A stretch of 39,870 bases of DNA from Alphaproteobacteria bacterium (GTDB taxonomy: Bacteria; Pseudomonadota; Alphaproteobacteria; Puniceispirillales; Puniceispirillaceae): contig WTHW01000047.1 in the NCBI GenBank assembly GCA_011526395.1, positions 1 to 39,870 of the forward strand, written 5' to 3'. Made by a program: the position numbers and the translations under genes. Positions within the stretch are counted from its first letter, which is position 1, and every line of letters begins with the position of its first letter. The notes under the pieces were generated by a model, which worked only from the letters and a program-made list of their open reading frames with translations, ran no database searches and was not told the origin of the DNA. Shown one piece after another: positions 39,287 through 39,870 of the stretch.

Positions 39287-39781
39287 ATGTCAGACAAAGA
39301 TAAAGATACAGCGCAGGAGCCAAAGGCAAAGCCACAGCGTAACGTGATGATCCATGCGCAATATGTCAAAGATTTATCATTTGAAAACCCAAATGCTGTC
39401 GCAGCGCATTTAGAGCCAACCAAACAGCCACAAGTCGAAGTGGGTGTGAATGTGAATGCTGACAAGATTAATGAGACACAATATGAAGTCAGATTAAATG
39501 TCACTGCCAAGGCGTCGACAGAAGAAAAAGCATTATTCCTTGTTGATTTGACTTATGCCGCGATTGTTTCAGTGTCAGATGCCGAAGCTGATGAGGTAAA
39601 CCCTCTTGTGATGATCGAAGGCCCAAGATTGATATTCCCATTTGCAAGAGCCATTATCAGCAATATGACAAGAGATGGCGGCTTTATGCCACTGAATTTG
39701 CAACCTGTTGATTTTGTGGCTGTTTATCGTCACTCACTTGAGCAACAGCGCCTTGCCGCTCAAGAAGCAACAAAGCAATAA
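39287..39781 (+). CDS. secB: Protein-export chaperone SecB
   Basis: 164 aa with IHAQYVKDLSFENPNA and LIFPFARAIISNMTRDGGFMPLNLQPVDF motifs. Confidence 0.95.
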   Translation: MSDKDKDTAQEPKAKPQRNVMIHAQYVKDLSFENPNAVAAHLEPTKQPQVEVGVNVNADKINETQYEVRLNVTAKASTEEKALFLVDLTYAAIVSVSDAEADEVNPLVMIEGPRLIFPFARAIISNMTRDGGFMPLNLQPVDFVAVYRHSLEQQRLAAQEATKQ

Positions 39782-39799
39782 CATCTAAAAACAAAAACA

Positions 39800-39836
39800 A
39801 AAGACCCTAGTGGCTACGACGCCATATAGGGTCTTT
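39800..39836 (+). terminator. Probable intrinsic terminator hairpin downstream of secB
   Basis: AAAGACCCTA (39800-39809) pairs perfectly with TAGGGTCTTT (39827-39836). An inner TGGC/GCCA extension surrounds a 6-nt loop. The T-tract is short (TTT, within the stem end). Confidence 0.5.
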
Positions 39837-39856
39837 CATACTATCCAAAAATGCTT

Positions 39857-39870
39857 CTGTCTCTTATACA
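39857..39870. other. Nextera/Tn5 mosaic-end adapter remnant (sequencing artefact) at the window edge
   Basis: The last 14 nt, CTGTCTCTTATACA, equal the first 14 nt of the Tn5 mosaic-end adapter CTGTCTCTTATACACATCT. The T at position 4 marks the engineered ME version rather than the natural IS50 outside end (CTGACTC...). Confidence 0.7.

Noticed and set aside
1-39870. Scan for tRNA, rRNA, tmRNA, CRISPR repeats, IS/transposase, integrase, phage or plasmid genes, and defence-system hallmarks
   Set aside because: None recognised. Every spacer is 224 nt or shorter, all large ORFs have housekeeping assignments, and composition looks uniform, with no obvious island boundaries. A covariance-model scan (tRNAscan-SE, Infernal/Rfam) would be needed to exclude small ncRNAs formally.

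Overview
This window is a compact, syntenic core-genome segment. By my coordinates about 94% of it is coding. It appears to come from a moderately AT-rich alphaproteobacterium, probably a streamlined marine lineage; that origin is an inference from gene content and order, not a database hit. I call 44 CDS, one of them partial. On the minus strand: miaB' (edge), rimI-tsaB, a Bax-like glucosaminidase, nfu-trpS-murJ-glnD-mutS, a PfkB kinase, nth, dapB-dnaJ-dnaK-grpE, an LpoA-like lipoprotein, comM/yifB, the histidine cluster HIT-hisE-hisF-hisA-GNAT-hisH-hisB, and XRE-Smr-Tim44-like. On the plus strand: a NodB-type deacetylase, maeB, an orphan lipoprotein, a DUF2244-like protein, a small acidic protein plus a double zinc-ribbon membrane protein, rph-rdgB-hemW, rsmI-yraN-BON-gshB, and fxsA-secB. 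I found no rRNA, tRNA, CRISPR array, IS element, integrase or phage gene, and no recognisable defence-island hallmarks. The intergenic spacers are too short to hide a large RNA gene. I therefore cannot support a self-contained novel multi-gene system here. The most interesting candidate is the gene pair at 23153-23977, which sits where alphaproteobacteria usually carry hrcA: a PopZ-like acidic helical protein next to a ZitP-like MJ0042-type zinc-ribbon membrane protein. Secondary points are two sigma-32-type promoters driving a contiguous grpE-dnaK-dnaJ with no CIRCE or hrcA, a coiled-coil-extended Bax-family glucosaminidase converging on a secreted deacetylase, a GNAT and a HIT gene embedded in the his cluster, six convergent gene pairs with almost no terminator space, and a Nextera/Tn5 mosaic-end adapter remnant at the 3' edge that marks a contig or read boundary.
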